A stretch of 64,000 nucleotides of DNA from an uncultured Anaerolineales bacterium (GTDB taxonomy: Bacteria > Chloroflexota > Anaerolineae > UBA1429): positions 10,269-74,268 of the forward strand of contig CAYZWT010000017.1 in assembly GCA_964482225.1 (NCBI GenBank). Reading direction: 5' to 3'. The notes below the pieces were generated by a model. The model worked only from the letters and a program-made list of their open reading frames with translations. It made no database searches and was not told where the DNA came from. Both the position numbers and the translations under genes were made by a program. Positions 46,530 to 55,814 of the stretch are shown piece by piece; position 1 is the stretch's first letter; every line of letters starts with the position of its first letter.

Positions 46530-47717
46530 GTGCAAGCCCAAGCGATCCGAGAGCGCGTCCACTGGATGGGCGCCGTAGATTGGGACCGCCGCCTGTTCGA
46601 CGCCCTCATCCCCCTGCCGGACGGCACCAGCTATAACGCCTATCTCGTGCAAGGACACGACAAGACTGCTCTGCTGGACACCGTTGACCCGGCCATGACC
46701 CACGTGCTGCTGCGCCAACTGGCCGACGTGCCCCGCATTGACTATCTGGTTGCGCAACACGCAGAGCAAGATCACTCGGGCTCTATCCCGGCGGTGCTGG
46801 CCGCGCACCCCGAGGCCCAGGTCGTGTGCACCCCCCAGGGCAAGCCCCTGCTGATGAGCCACCTGGGGCTCGATCGGGATCAGTTCTTGACCGTGGAGGA
46901 CGGCGACACGTTGCCCATGGGGGGCAAGACGCTCCAGTTCCTGCACACCCCCTGGGTACACTGGCCCGAGACCATGTCCACCTATCTGCCGGAGGATCGC
47001 ATCCTGTTCAGTTGCGATTGGTTCGGTTCGCACCTGGCGACCAGCGATCCCATTGCGCGCGATACCCCGCGTGTGATGGAGGCGGCCAAGCGCTACTATG
47101 CCGAGATCATGATGCCCTTCCGGCGCATCATCCAGCGCAACTTGGCCAAGCTCGACGGCCTGGAGATCGAGCTCATCGCGCCCAGCCACGGCCCCATCTA
47201 TGCCGACCCCGCCCTGATCCTGAGCGCCTATCGCGATTGGGTGTCCGACCAACCCAGGAACCTGGCGCTGGTGCCCTATATCTCTATGCACGGTAGCACG
47301 CGTACCATGGTAGAGCGCCTGGTCAGCCGCCTCAGTAGCCAGGGCGTGCCGGTGCAGCAGTTCGATCTCTCGGCCACCGACCTGGGCAAGCTGGCCATCG
47401 CACTGGTGGATGCCGCCACCCTGGTGATCGGCACGCCAACCTTTCACCGCGGCCCGCATCCCAGCGTCTTTTATGCCACCCATCTGGCCAACGCCTTGCG
47501 CCCCAAGCTGGCCCATGTCGCGGTGATCGGCTCCTATGGCTGGAGCACCCAGGCCGTCGAGGGGCTCTCAGCGCTGATCCCCGATCTCAAGGTGGAGGTT
47601 CTCCCGCCGGTATTGGCCCGGGGCTTGCCGACGGAGGAGAGCCTGCGGGCGGTGGATGCCCTGGCCGACGCCATCGCGCAGCGCCACGCAGACCAGGGGT
47701 GGGCGTTGCCCTCATAA
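46530..47717 (+). CDS. Flavodiiron protein (type A flavoprotein: metallo-beta-lactamase-like plus flavodoxin-like domains)
   Basis: GTG at 46530 with RBS AGGAG. N-terminus VHWMGAVDWDRRLFD, di-iron ligands HAEQDHSG, and a C-terminal flavodoxin-like domain (VPYISMHGSTRTM...). Confidence 0.85.
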   Translation: MQAQAIRERVHWMGAVDWDRRLFDALIPLPDGTSYNAYLVQGHDKTALLDTVDPAMTHVLLRQLADVPRIDYLVAQHAEQDHSGSIPAVLAAHPEAQVVCTPQGKPLLMSHLGLDRDQFLTVEDGDTLPMGGKTLQFLHTPWVHWPETMSTYLPEDRILFSCDWFGSHLATSDPIARDTPRVMEAAKRYYAEIMMPFRRIIQRNLAKLDGLEIELIAPSHGPIYADPALILSAYRDWVSDQPRNLALVPYISMHGSTRTMVERLVSRLSSQGVPVQQFDLSATDLGKLAIALVDAATLVIGTPTFHRGPHPSVFYATHLANALRPKLAHVAVIGSYGWSTQAVEGLSALIPDLKVEVLPPVLARGLPTEESLRAVDALADAIAQRHADQGWALPS

Positions 47718-47748
47718 GGCGCCCCGCCTGCTGTGGCAAGGTAGAGCC

Positions 47749-47788
47749 GAGAGGCCAGAGCCGGATTAGGGACCGGCTCTGGCCTCTC
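47749..47788. terminator. Bidirectional terminator hairpin between convergent genes
   Basis: Perfect 16-bp inverted repeat GAGAGGCCAGAGCCGG-attaggga-CCGGCTCTGGCCTCTC followed by TT. Confidence 0.65.
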
Positions 47789-47810
47789 TTATCGGCGAGG
47801 GCCGCTGCCG

Positions 47811-48263
47811 CTAGGCGACCCACTGCTGCAGTTCGATGACGTTGCCTTCCGGATCGGTGGCATAGGCGAACACGATGCCGCCCAACCCTGGGATGATCGT
47901 CGAGACAAGCTCGCCGGCCAGCCCTCCGCCCGCGTTGACGACCTCGCGCAGGGCCTCTTCCACATCGTCCACGCCAAAGGCAATGTGCCCGAACCCAGGA
48001 CGATTGGCTGCAAAGAGCTCGCGCGGAACCTGCCGGTCATACTGGAATATCTCAAGAGTAGGGCCCGCGGGCCCATGCCCCGGCAAGCGCAGGTGAATCC
48101 CCTGGATATGAGCGTCCTCGACGCCCGTCGCCCGATCCAGCCAGGGGCCCCGCAGATCGCGGGTTGGATAGACCGGTGTACAGCCCAAAATCTCGCAGTA
48201 AAAAGCGGCCAGCTTGCGCCAATCTCGGGCGACCAGATTGGTGTGAACGAAACGAGCCTGCAT
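47811..48263 (-). CDS. VOC family protein (glyoxalase/bleomycin resistance/dioxygenase fold)
   Basis: HTNLVARDWRKLAAFY..LG and HIAFGVDDVEEAL...GG...DPEGNVIEL are typical VOC beta-alpha-beta-beta-beta modules. An internal ATG is preferred as the start. Confidence 0.7.
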   Translation of the reverse strand: MQARFVHTNLVARDWRKLAAFYCEILGCTPVYPTRDLRGPWLDRATGVEDAHIQGIHLRLPGHGPAGPTLEIFQYDRQVPRELFAANRPGFGHIAFGVDDVEEALREVVNAGGGLAGELVSTIIPGLGGIVFAYATDPEGNVIELQQWVA

Positions 48264-48460
48264 GTCTCCCCCCATACGAGCCAGGTCAGCGGCGCAGTAT
48301 CGCGCAGGTCTCGTCCTCAGGGGGGATTTGAGGCGAGACGCAGCGTCCCGTGTTGGTGCGCCCGCGCGCACCCGAGGCGCATTTCAGATGATTGGTTGCA
48401 TTCGCTTTGCGGTGATGCGCTCCTCCGTCTGTTGGGCGTTGTTGGCCGCCCAACGCTTCA

Positions 48461-49351
48461 TCAGTGACCCATGCGCGGCGCGATCAGGCGCACGGCGCCG
48501 GGCGCCACCTGCACGGTCACCGGCGTTACGCCGATCAGGTCGCCATCCACCTGCACCTGCGCAGGCGCGTCGGTCTCGATGGCCACCTGCGAGAATACCT
48601 CAAATGTGCGCACATTGCGACGCTGGCGCGGGCGCCGGAGCAGCAGGTCCAGCAGGATGCCCCAATAATCGGCCAGATGGCGCGTGCGAAAGGTGATCAC
48701 CTCGATGCGCCCATCGTCCATATGAATCTCACTGCTGAGCGACAGTTCAGGCGCGCCCAGCGACGGGCAGTTGGTCACCAAGACTTCAGATGCCCGCAGC
48801 TCGTATGGCTTGCCATCCACCTGCAAACGCACCGTTTGCACGCCCACCGCCGCCAGGTTCTTGAGGCCCGACCAGATATAGGCCAGGCGGCCGAGCTTGC
48901 GCTTGGTCTCCGGATCTGCATCGCGCAACACACCCACGCTCAGCCCCAGGCTGACGTTCAGAAAGGCATACATCTCGCCAAGCTGCATGGCATCCAGGCG
49001 CATGATAGAGGCGCCCCCGACGACGAGGGCCAGCGCATCATCCAGTCGCTCGGGGATGCCCGCGTCGTGGGCCAACAGATTCGATGTGCCCGCCGGGACA
49101 ATCGCCAGGCGCGCCAGCGAGCCGACCAGCCCGGCCGCCACCGCCCCCACGGTGCCATCGCCGCCTATAGCGACAAAAGTGTCAAACCCCTGCGCCAGGC
49201 GCTCTCTGACCAGCGCAGGCAGGTCTTCTTCGCCCGTCGTCTCATAGACCTCATAGCTCCCGGGCGCCAGGTATCTGCTCAACGCCGGGTATACTCGCTC
49301 GGGCCGCGCGTTGCCCGCCACAGGGTTCAAGACGACGAATATGTCGGCCAC
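48461..49351 (-). CDS. Diacylglycerol kinase catalytic domain family lipid kinase (YegS/DgkA-like)
   Basis: GTG start after GGGGAGG. FVVLNPVAGN, the GGDGT motif (FVAIGGDGTVGAV) and VPAGTSN are present. Confidence 0.8.
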   Translation of the reverse strand: MADIFVVLNPVAGNARPERVYPALSRYLAPGSYEVYETTGEEDLPALVRERLAQGFDTFVAIGGDGTVGAVAAGLVGSLARLAIVPAGTSNLLAHDAGIPERLDDALALVVGGASIMRLDAMQLGEMYAFLNVSLGLSVGVLRDADPETKRKLGRLAYIWSGLKNLAAVGVQTVRLQVDGKPYELRASEVLVTNCPSLGAPELSLSSEIHMDDGRIEVITFRTRHLADYWGILLDLLLRRPRQRRNVRTFEVFSQVAIETDAPAQVQVDGDLIGVTPVTVQVAPGAVRLIAPRMGH

Positions 49352-49569
49352 TGGCAAGCCTCCCCGAGCACACGGCCTACCGTCCAGCACAATTATGCCG
49401 TGAACCCCATAGGGCGCCGTCTCGGCGCGCCGCCCGTTTCTGGCGCCCATTATAGCGCAGATGGCGCCGCGCGCACAGTGGCTTGCCGTTCTGATTCGCA
49501 TCTTTCCCGATGCCGCCAAAGCGAGTATCATGGGCGCCATGCACCGGTAGATCAGAAAGGAGCGTCTCC

Positions 49570-50052
49570 ATGCGCATCGAAGCCAAGCTGCAAGAACTCG
49601 GTCTCTCCCTGCCCGAGCCGCTCAGGCTGCCCGCCGGCCTGCGCCTGCCCTTTGCGTGGGTGCGGGTGCGCGGCAACCGAGCCTATGTCTCGGGGCACGG
49701 CCCGCTGTTGCCCGATGGCGCCCCCGCCGGGCCTTTTGGCAGAGTCGGCGCCGACGTGACGCCCGAGCAAGCCTACCTGTCGGCGCGCCTGACGGCCCTC
49801 TCCATGCTGAGCAGCCTCAAGCGCGAGCTGGGCGACCTGGATCGCGTTACGGCATGGCTGCGCGTGTTCGGCATGGTCTATTCGGCGCCCGGCTTTACGA
49901 ACCAGCCCAATGTCATCAATGGCTTTAGCGACCTGATCGTCGAGCTCTATGGCCCGGAGGCCGGTCAACACGCCCGCTCGGCCGTCGGCATGGCCGAGTT
50001 GCCCTTGGGGCTGCCCGTCGAGATTGAGGCCGAAGTCGAGATCGCGCCCTGA
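49570..50052 (+). CDS. RidA/YjgF/L-PSP family protein
   Basis: ATG at 49570 with RBS AAAGGAG. About 160 aa with a C-terminal ...GLPVEIEAEVEI typical of RidA-family proteins. Confidence 0.75.
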   Translation: MRIEAKLQELGLSLPEPLRLPAGLRLPFAWVRVRGNRAYVSGHGPLLPDGAPAGPFGRVGADVTPEQAYLSARLTALSMLSSLKRELGDLDRVTAWLRVFGMVYSAPGFTNQPNVINGFSDLIVELYGPEAGQHARSAVGMAELPLGLPVEIEAEVEIAP

Positions 50053-50062
50053 GGCGAGGGCA

Positions 50063-51091
50063 TCACGCGAGATCGGCCAGATCGCGAAAAAGCTCCGCGC
50101 CGAGGCGCTCCCAGGCCGCCAACAGACGGTCGTAGAAAGGATACGCCTCGGCTTGTTCGATCTGATCCTGGGCAGACAGCCAGTTGGCCAGGCGACGGAA
50201 ACCCTCCGACACTGGGATCGTGTAGCGGAAGCCCAGATCGCGTCGGGCCGCCGACGTATCAAAGATATTGTTGTGGGAAAAGTTCTCGACGCACCACATG
50301 GCCTGTTCGGGTAGCGCCTTGGCCAGCAGCTCCGACGGGATGTGCACTAGCGGGGGACAGGCTACGCCCAGCGCCTCTGCCCACGTCTGATAGTAGCGAT
50401 CCCAGGTCAGCCATTCGTCGGCTGCCACGTGATACGCATGGCCGACGCAAACGCCCGGCTGAGCAACAGCCCCCACAAAGGCTGCCGCCACATCGTCGCG
50501 ATGGCAAGAGGTCCAGAAGGAACGCCCGTCGCCATGCACGATCACAGGCATCCCCCTCCGGACGCGATCCAGGATAAAGGTCTCAAATCCAAAAGTGTGC
50601 AGCACCCGACCCCCTTCGCCATAGGTGTGCGCCGGGCGCATCACAGTAAGGGGCAGGTCGCCACGCTCGTGGGCGGCCCACAGCACGCGCTCACAGGCTG
50701 CCTTGTGATAGGCATAGGGGAAACTGGGCAAAGGCTCCCGCTCGCAGGATTCCACCACAGGATAACGAGGCGCAGGCTTGGTATAGACGTCCACAGTGCT
50801 GCAAAAGACATAATGAGAGGTGCGTCCCGCAAAAGCGCGCACTGCGCTCTCGGCCTCCTCGGGCCGGTAGCAGATCATGTCAATCACACAGTCCCAGTGC
50901 CCGGCCTGCGCCATCTGGGCCTCAAACGTCGCAAGATCGGTGCGATCGCCGTACAGCGTCGGAGGCTGTTCGCCCAACAGGATAGGACGCTGCCCCCGGT
51001 TATACCAGACCACATCATCGCCTCGCGCCTGCAACTGGGCTGTGATGCCTGTGCTGATGAGGCCACTGCCGCCGACGATGAGAATACGCAT
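50063..51091 (-). CDS. NAD-dependent epimerase/dehydratase family protein (extended SDR)
   Basis: MRILIVGGSGLISTGI Rossmann motif, a YxxxK-type active site (YAYHKAA) and 342 aa length. Confidence 0.85.
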   Translation of the reverse strand: MRILIVGGSGLISTGITAQLQARGDDVVWYNRGQRPILLGEQPPTLYGDRTDLATFEAQMAQAGHWDCVIDMICYRPEEAESAVRAFAGRTSHYVFCSTVDVYTKPAPRYPVVESCEREPLPSFPYAYHKAACERVLWAAHERGDLPLTVMRPAHTYGEGGRVLHTFGFETFILDRVRRGMPVIVHGDGRSFWTSCHRDDVAAAFVGAVAQPGVCVGHAYHVAADEWLTWDRYYQTWAEALGVACPPLVHIPSELLAKALPEQAMWCVENFSHNNIFDTSAARRDLGFRYTIPVSEGFRRLANWLSAQDQIEQAEAYPFYDRLLAAWERLGAELFRDLADLA

Positions 51092-51118
51092 GCCAACCGC
51101 CTCCCCTATGTAGAGTGC

Positions 51119-52048
51119 CTATTGCGCCGAAACCCATTCCGCCCCGCATAGCGCGGGCGCCGCCATGCCATCTTGCCAGAGCCAGTAGCGAGGCTCAGGG
51201 TGATCACCCCAGGCTACGGCATAGTGCTCGCCACGCGCGCTAAGGGCATGGATCATGACAAAGGAGCGCAGGTCAGCCCGCAGGTGCTCCAGATCGGCAA
51301 TGGCCTCATGGCAGGCGGCCTGCAACCCCAGGCCCATCTTGAGATAGAGCACCACGGCGCGGGCCGTCCCTGCCCGCATGGTCAGCTCGCCCTGGCCGAT
51401 GCAGGCCGCCGCCCCATAGCGATCATCCACATAGCAACCGGCCCCCACGATGGGGGAATCGCCCAGCCTGCCGGGATACTTGAACGCCCAGCCGCTGGTG
51501 CTGACCCCCACAGCCATGCGCCCGCCATCCTCTTGGGCGAGCAAGACCGTCGTGCCGTGGGTGCGCTCGGGGTCGGCAGCGTCCCGGGTCAGGGGCGCCA
51601 GGGGCAGCTCCGGCCAGCGCGCCAGCTCGTCGGCGGACAGGCGCTCGCGGCGCCAGGCTTCCCAAGCGGCCTCAGCAACCGGCGTCAGGTTCTCTCCTGC
51701 TTCCAGCCCGCACTCGCCCGCCAGACGCTCCGCCCCCGCGCCCACCAGCAGCACATGCGGGGTGCGCTCCATCACCTGGCGCGCGAGGCTGATGGGGTGC
51801 AGATAGCCGCGCACTGCCCCCACGGCTCCGGCGCGGAGCGTGCGCCCCTCCATGATGCAGGCATCCAGCTCCACCTGCCCCAATAGATTGGGCCAGCCGC
51901 CTGTGCCCACGCTGTGAATCTCGGGATCCGCCTCCACAGGCCAGATGCCCTGCTCAACGGCGTCCAGAGCGCCGCCCCCGCCCGCCAGTATGGCCCCGGC
52001 GCAGGCGATCCCTACACCGCCAACCTGATTGCAGATCACGATAGACAC
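51119..52048 (-). CDS. Isoaspartyl peptidase / L-asparaginase (Ntn hydrolase, plant-type asparaginase family)
   Basis: N-terminus VICNQVGG..., the autoproteolytic-site region HGTTVLLAQEDGGRMAVGVSTSG, and GAGCYVDDRYGAAACIGQGE. Confidence 0.85.
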   Translation of the reverse strand: MSIVICNQVGGVGIACAGAILAGGGGALDAVEQGIWPVEADPEIHSVGTGGWPNLLGQVELDACIMEGRTLRAGAVGAVRGYLHPISLARQVMERTPHVLLVGAGAERLAGECGLEAGENLTPVAEAAWEAWRRERLSADELARWPELPLAPLTRDAADPERTHGTTVLLAQEDGGRMAVGVSTSGWAFKYPGRLGDSPIVGAGCYVDDRYGAAACIGQGELTMRAGTARAVVLYLKMGLGLQAACHEAIADLEHLRADLRSFVMIHALSARGEHYAVAWGDHPEPRYWLWQDGMAAPALCGAEWVSAQ

Positions 52049-52069
52049 ACGCGCCTCCGGATGCTGGCC

Positions 52070-53041
52070 CTAATCCTGCGGGTCAAACTCGCTGTCGCGA
52101 ACGGCATCCGAGACCTCCCGTCTCTTGGCCCCATAGGTGGGCCGGATGCGCGAGCCGTAACGGTTGGCATACTCGCGGGTGAGCTGGGCGCCCAGAAAGA
52201 CGATCTGGGCCGAATAGTACACCCAGATCAGGACGATCACCAGAATGCCCGCCACGCCGTACAACGTTGTGAACTGGGTGCGCCCCAGATAGAACGACAG
52301 GGCGATCTGCCCGATGGTAAAGAGCACAGCCGTAACCAGAGCCCCCACCCACACATCGCCCCATGCGATACGGGCATCGGGCACGATTTTGTACATCAAG
52401 GCCATGAGGACTAGAAAAACAAGAAAAAACCCAAAGTGCTGGATAAAATTCATCAGCAAGAAGGAAAAGGGCAACAAGGAGGCCAACGCGTTTCCCAGGG
52501 CGGTGAGGGTGGTGTTGACGATGATCGCAGCAAAGAGCAGAACGCCGATCCCAAGCACCAGGCCAAAGGAGACCAAGCGGCTGAGGATGATGCGCAGGGC
52601 CCCGCGCCCGGGCACAGGGGAGACGCCCCACATGGCGTTGAGCGCAGCTTGTAGGTGGATGAAAAAGCCCGAGCCGCCCCACACCAGGGCGACCAAGCCT
52701 ACCACCGTTCGCCAGGTGATGCGGCCTGCCAACTGGACGCTGTGCATGATGCTCTGGAACAGCTCGCCAGCCTGGGCGCCAAAAAGCGCCTCAACGTGGC
52801 CGCGCAGGGCCGCGTACTCGGGCCCGGCGCCATACAGCCGCCCAGCGACGAACACCACGATATAGAGCGTGGGCGCCATGGAGAGCAGCGCATAATACGC
52901 CAAGGCGGCGGCCAAGCGCCCGGCATCGCCCTTATGCCAGGCCCGAACACTCGCCGCCACCAGTTCGCCAAAGGCGCCAAGCCACCCCTTCAAGCCCATC
53001 TTCGAAGAGAGGCTAGGCGCACCATCTTTGTCCTGCGCCAC
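52070..53041 (-). CDS. YihY/BrkB (virulence factor BrkB / RNase BN-like) family membrane protein
   Basis: LAAALAYYALLSMAPTLYIVVFVAG and six TM helices in the typical YihY pattern. The start may be at an internal ATG near 52999. Confidence 0.8.
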   Translation of the reverse strand: MAQDKDGAPSLSSKMGLKGWLGAFGELVAASVRAWHKGDAGRLAAALAYYALLSMAPTLYIVVFVAGRLYGAGPEYAALRGHVEALFGAQAGELFQSIMHSVQLAGRITWRTVVGLVALVWGGSGFFIHLQAALNAMWGVSPVPGRGALRIILSRLVSFGLVLGIGVLLFAAIIVNTTLTALGNALASLLPFSFLLMNFIQHFGFFLVFLVLMALMYKIVPDARIAWGDVWVGALVTAVLFTIGQIALSFYLGRTQFTTLYGVAGILVIVLIWVYYSAQIVFLGAQLTREYANRYGSRIRPTYGAKRREVSDAVRDSEFDPQD

Positions 53042-53124
53042 GTCATCGCCGCCTTTTGTGCGAGCCTAGCGCTGTCGCATTCTGCTCGCGTGATGGCAAG
53101 GCCGATGGGCGCCGCTCCCGGCGC

Positions 53125-54045
53125 CTAGAACGGCCTCCGATCCAGGTCGAATTCGTCCATATAGGCGCGCACGATGGGCACGGCCTCGCGCGCCGCCGTT
53201 TCGGGATCGGGGTTCTCGTTCAGATCCACCGTCCACCAAGAGAGCGCCATCAGGTTCTGGCGCAGGTAATACAGCTCGGTCTCCAAGTCAATCTTGCCGT
53301 GGCCCAGGGCCACATGGCTGCTGCTGACGCCGTCTCCATAGAGCGTGCCGTCGCTATCCGAGATGTGCAGGTGAGAGATCTTGTCTTGCAGAGAGCGGCC
53401 CAGGCCAACGATGCCGTACTTTTCCGTCTGCACGATCCCCACCTGGCGCGCTCCCGCGACGGCCATCATGTAGGCGTGGCTCATGTCAAAGATGAGGAAC
53501 AGGTTGTCCGTGGGTACCGCTTCAACCAGCCGCAGCACCTCGGTGGGTTTGTTCACGATATAGCGCGGCTCAAATTCCCAGTGGATCGCTACGCCGATGG
53601 GTTTGCCCGCCTCAGCCGCCGTATACCAGTTCTCGGCAATCTGCTTGAAAATGCGCGCGTATTCCTCAGAGGTCAGCTCTTGCGGGGGATTGCCCGTATC
53701 CACACGCAGCACGTCGGTGCGCACGCCGGTGCAAAAGGCCATGCACTTGACGATCTCTGCCATGTAGGTATTGGTGTCGGTAGTGGCAGCCGGAACGTGC
53801 CGCAGATCGGGCGCATAGCCCGAGATGCGCAGCCCCCGGCTTTCCACCATGTCGCGCAGCGCCTGGCGCTTTTCGTCGGTATCATAGTCATCATAGTGGG
53901 CGTGTGGGCGATGGCCGGAGAGCTCGACGCCATCATAGCCCGCTTCGGCGGCGAAATCGAGCACGCGCTCCAGGCTCCACGGTTCAGAGGCAAAGGGCCC
54001 CCGGATAAAGGCCCAACTGCCCAGGGAAACTTGAGGTTTCGGCAT
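53125..54045 (-). CDS. Sugar phosphate isomerase/epimerase (xylose isomerase-like TIM barrel), second copy
   Basis: YDGVELSGHRPHAHY...IHWEFEP...FDMSHAY...HLHISDSDG is the metal-binding pattern of the xylose-isomerase-like TIM barrel family. Confidence 0.8.
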   Translation of the reverse strand: MPKPQVSLGSWAFIRGPFASEPWSLERVLDFAAEAGYDGVELSGHRPHAHYDDYDTDEKRQALRDMVESRGLRISGYAPDLRHVPAATTDTNTYMAEIVKCMAFCTGVRTDVLRVDTGNPPQELTSEEYARIFKQIAENWYTAAEAGKPIGVAIHWEFEPRYIVNKPTEVLRLVEAVPTDNLFLIFDMSHAYMMAVAGARQVGIVQTEKYGIVGLGRSLQDKISHLHISDSDGTLYGDGVSSSHVALGHGKIDLETELYYLRQNLMALSWWTVDLNENPDPETAAREAVPIVRAYMDEFDLDRRPF

Positions 54046-54235
54046 AATCTCCTCCCAAACGGATTGGTTCGCAAGAACCCAGCGTACCCAGCCATGTGCC
54101 CCAAGTGCGATGTGGGCGCAGGGGCATCACCAGGTTGATTATAGCGAGTAGGGCGCTCGACGCCAACTGCGCGGACGCGCCCCGGGGCCCGCCAGAGCGC
54201 CGAGCGTTTTCGCAGGCCCCAGCAGAGAGCGGCGG

Positions 54236-54955
54236 TTAGCCCCGCCCGATGTACGACTGCTCCAGCGGCAGCACGATGGCCTGAAACATGTTGGCCTCGG
54301 GCGGCAGGGTTACCATGAACAGCGCGGTGCGCGCAATGACCTCTACATCGAACATGGGCTCGTTCACGCCCTGGCGCCGCTCCACCAGCGTGTTGCCCGG
54401 GTGCAAGGCGCTAACGGCGATGCCATAGTCGCGGCCTTCCAGGGCCGTGGCGTGGGTCAGGCCATCCACGCCAAACTTGGTGGCCGTATAGGGCGCCGAG
54501 TACAGGCGGCTGCGCTGGGCCGAGATGCTGCCGATATTGACGATGCGCCCCCCGCCGGCGGGCTTCATGATGCGGAACGCCTCCCGCGTACACAGGAACG
54601 GCCCCGTCAGGTTGGCATCCACCACGTTCTGCCACGCCTCTAGCGACAGATTCTCGACCGGGCCGCCATCAAAAGCGCCCGCCGCGTTGACGAGAATATC
54701 GAGCCGCCCATAGGCCTCCATTGCCCTGGCGAACAGGGCCGCCACCTGCGCCTCGTCGGCGACGTTGGTGGGCACGGCCAACACCTGCGCCCCAGCCTGG
54801 CGCATCTCCTCTGCCGCAGCCTCCAGGCGCGCCGCCGTGCGCCCGGCGATGACCACGGAGCAGCCCTCCTGGCCAAAGAGCTTGGCGATGCCCTTGCCGA
54901 TGCCGCTGCCTCCGCCCGTCACGATCGCTACTTTGCCCGTCAACTGTCCCATCAT
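54236..54955 (-). CDS. SDR family oxidoreductase
   Basis: TGGGSGIGKG, NAAG and YTATK (catalytic Y-x3-K). Confidence 0.85.
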   Translation of the reverse strand: MMGQLTGKVAIVTGGGSGIGKGIAKLFGQEGCSVVIAGRTAARLEAAAEEMRQAGAQVLAVPTNVADEAQVAALFARAMEAYGRLDILVNAAGAFDGGPVENLSLEAWQNVVDANLTGPFLCTREAFRIMKPAGGGRIVNIGSISAQRSRLYSAPYTATKFGVDGLTHATALEGRDYGIAVSALHPGNTLVERRQGVNEPMFDVEVIARTALFMVTLPPEANMFQAIVLPLEQSYIGRG

Positions 54956-55060
54956 GTCCTCCTGCTAGATTACGGCTCATCGTGTGCGGCCACAGGCGCG
55001 TGACTGCGCAGGCCGCCCCCATTGCGCTGTGTTTCACGTGCGCGATATCCGGCCACGGCC

Positions 55061-55795
55061 TCACGGCGCGTCCGTTCCCGGGCGCCCTACGGGCATCAGA
55101 TAGAGCGGGGCAAACGCCTCCGGTAGCCCCAGCGTTTGGCCAATGCTCTCGGGCTCGAATGCGCCCACGGCCACCGTGCCCAGCCCCAGCCCTGCGGCTT
55201 GCAGGTACACATTCTGAGCCGCATGGCCCACCTCGATATAGACGTACTGCTGCCCGCGCTGGCCATAGCGGCCCGTGGTGCGTTCGAACTCGGCGGCGAA
55301 CACCAGCGTCGCCGCCCCTCGCTCCACGCAGGACTGGCCCAGGCTGGCTCTTGCCAGGGCAGAGCGCAGATCGCCCTCGGCCAGGGGCGTCAGCGCATGG
55401 GCGCGCGGGTCATAGTGATAGACGCCCGGGGCCAACCCCGCCACGTTGCCCGCCACCAGATACAGCTCCAGCGGGTAGAGCGCCCCCGCCGAGGGCGCCG
55501 TGCGATAGCCGCGCGGGTCATTGAGGCCCTGGGCCGCCCACAGGAGCTGCCCCACCTCCTCCAACGTCAAGGGCTCGTCGCCATAGTCGCGGATGGAGCG
55601 GCGGGCCTCCAATGCGGCATGGAGCGGCAATCCCCCCTGGCGATCCGGCTGGGGCAGCGCGATGCCCGGCCCTGCGGCGGCGCGCCAGGGCGCCGAACGT
55701 CGGATGGGACCGAAACGTATCCACCCGCCAAAGGCCATGGCCAGCATGATTACAATACCTCCTGCAAGCAGTACGATCCTCTTGGCGCTCATCAT
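55061..55795 (-). CDS. SagB-type dehydrogenase / nitroreductase-superfamily protein with N-terminal TM anchor
   Basis: N-terminal TM helix IVLLAGGIVIMLAMAFGGWI. RRSIRDY motif, PSAGALYPLELYL and the C-terminal GLG..AVGAF. This matches the SagB/ThcOx-like subgroup of nitroreductases. Confidence 0.6.
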   Translation of the reverse strand: MMSAKRIVLLAGGIVIMLAMAFGGWIRFGPIRRSAPWRAAAGPGIALPQPDRQGGLPLHAALEARRSIRDYGDEPLTLEEVGQLLWAAQGLNDPRGYRTAPSAGALYPLELYLVAGNVAGLAPGVYHYDPRAHALTPLAEGDLRSALARASLGQSCVERGAATLVFAAEFERTTGRYGQRGQQYVYIEVGHAAQNVYLQAAGLGLGTVAVGAFEPESIGQTLGLPEAFAPLYLMPVGRPGTDAP

Positions 55796-55814
55796 TGGCC
55801 TCGTCTTCCGGTTC

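Noticed and set aside
48429-48452. Hairpin GTTGGGCG-ttgttggc-CGCCCAAC just downstream of the lipid-kinase gene as a terminator
   Set aside because: It has no adjoining U-tract on the transcribed (minus) strand, and the next gene (VOC) follows in the same orientation. This may simply be an intra-operon hairpin, so it is not listed as a feature.
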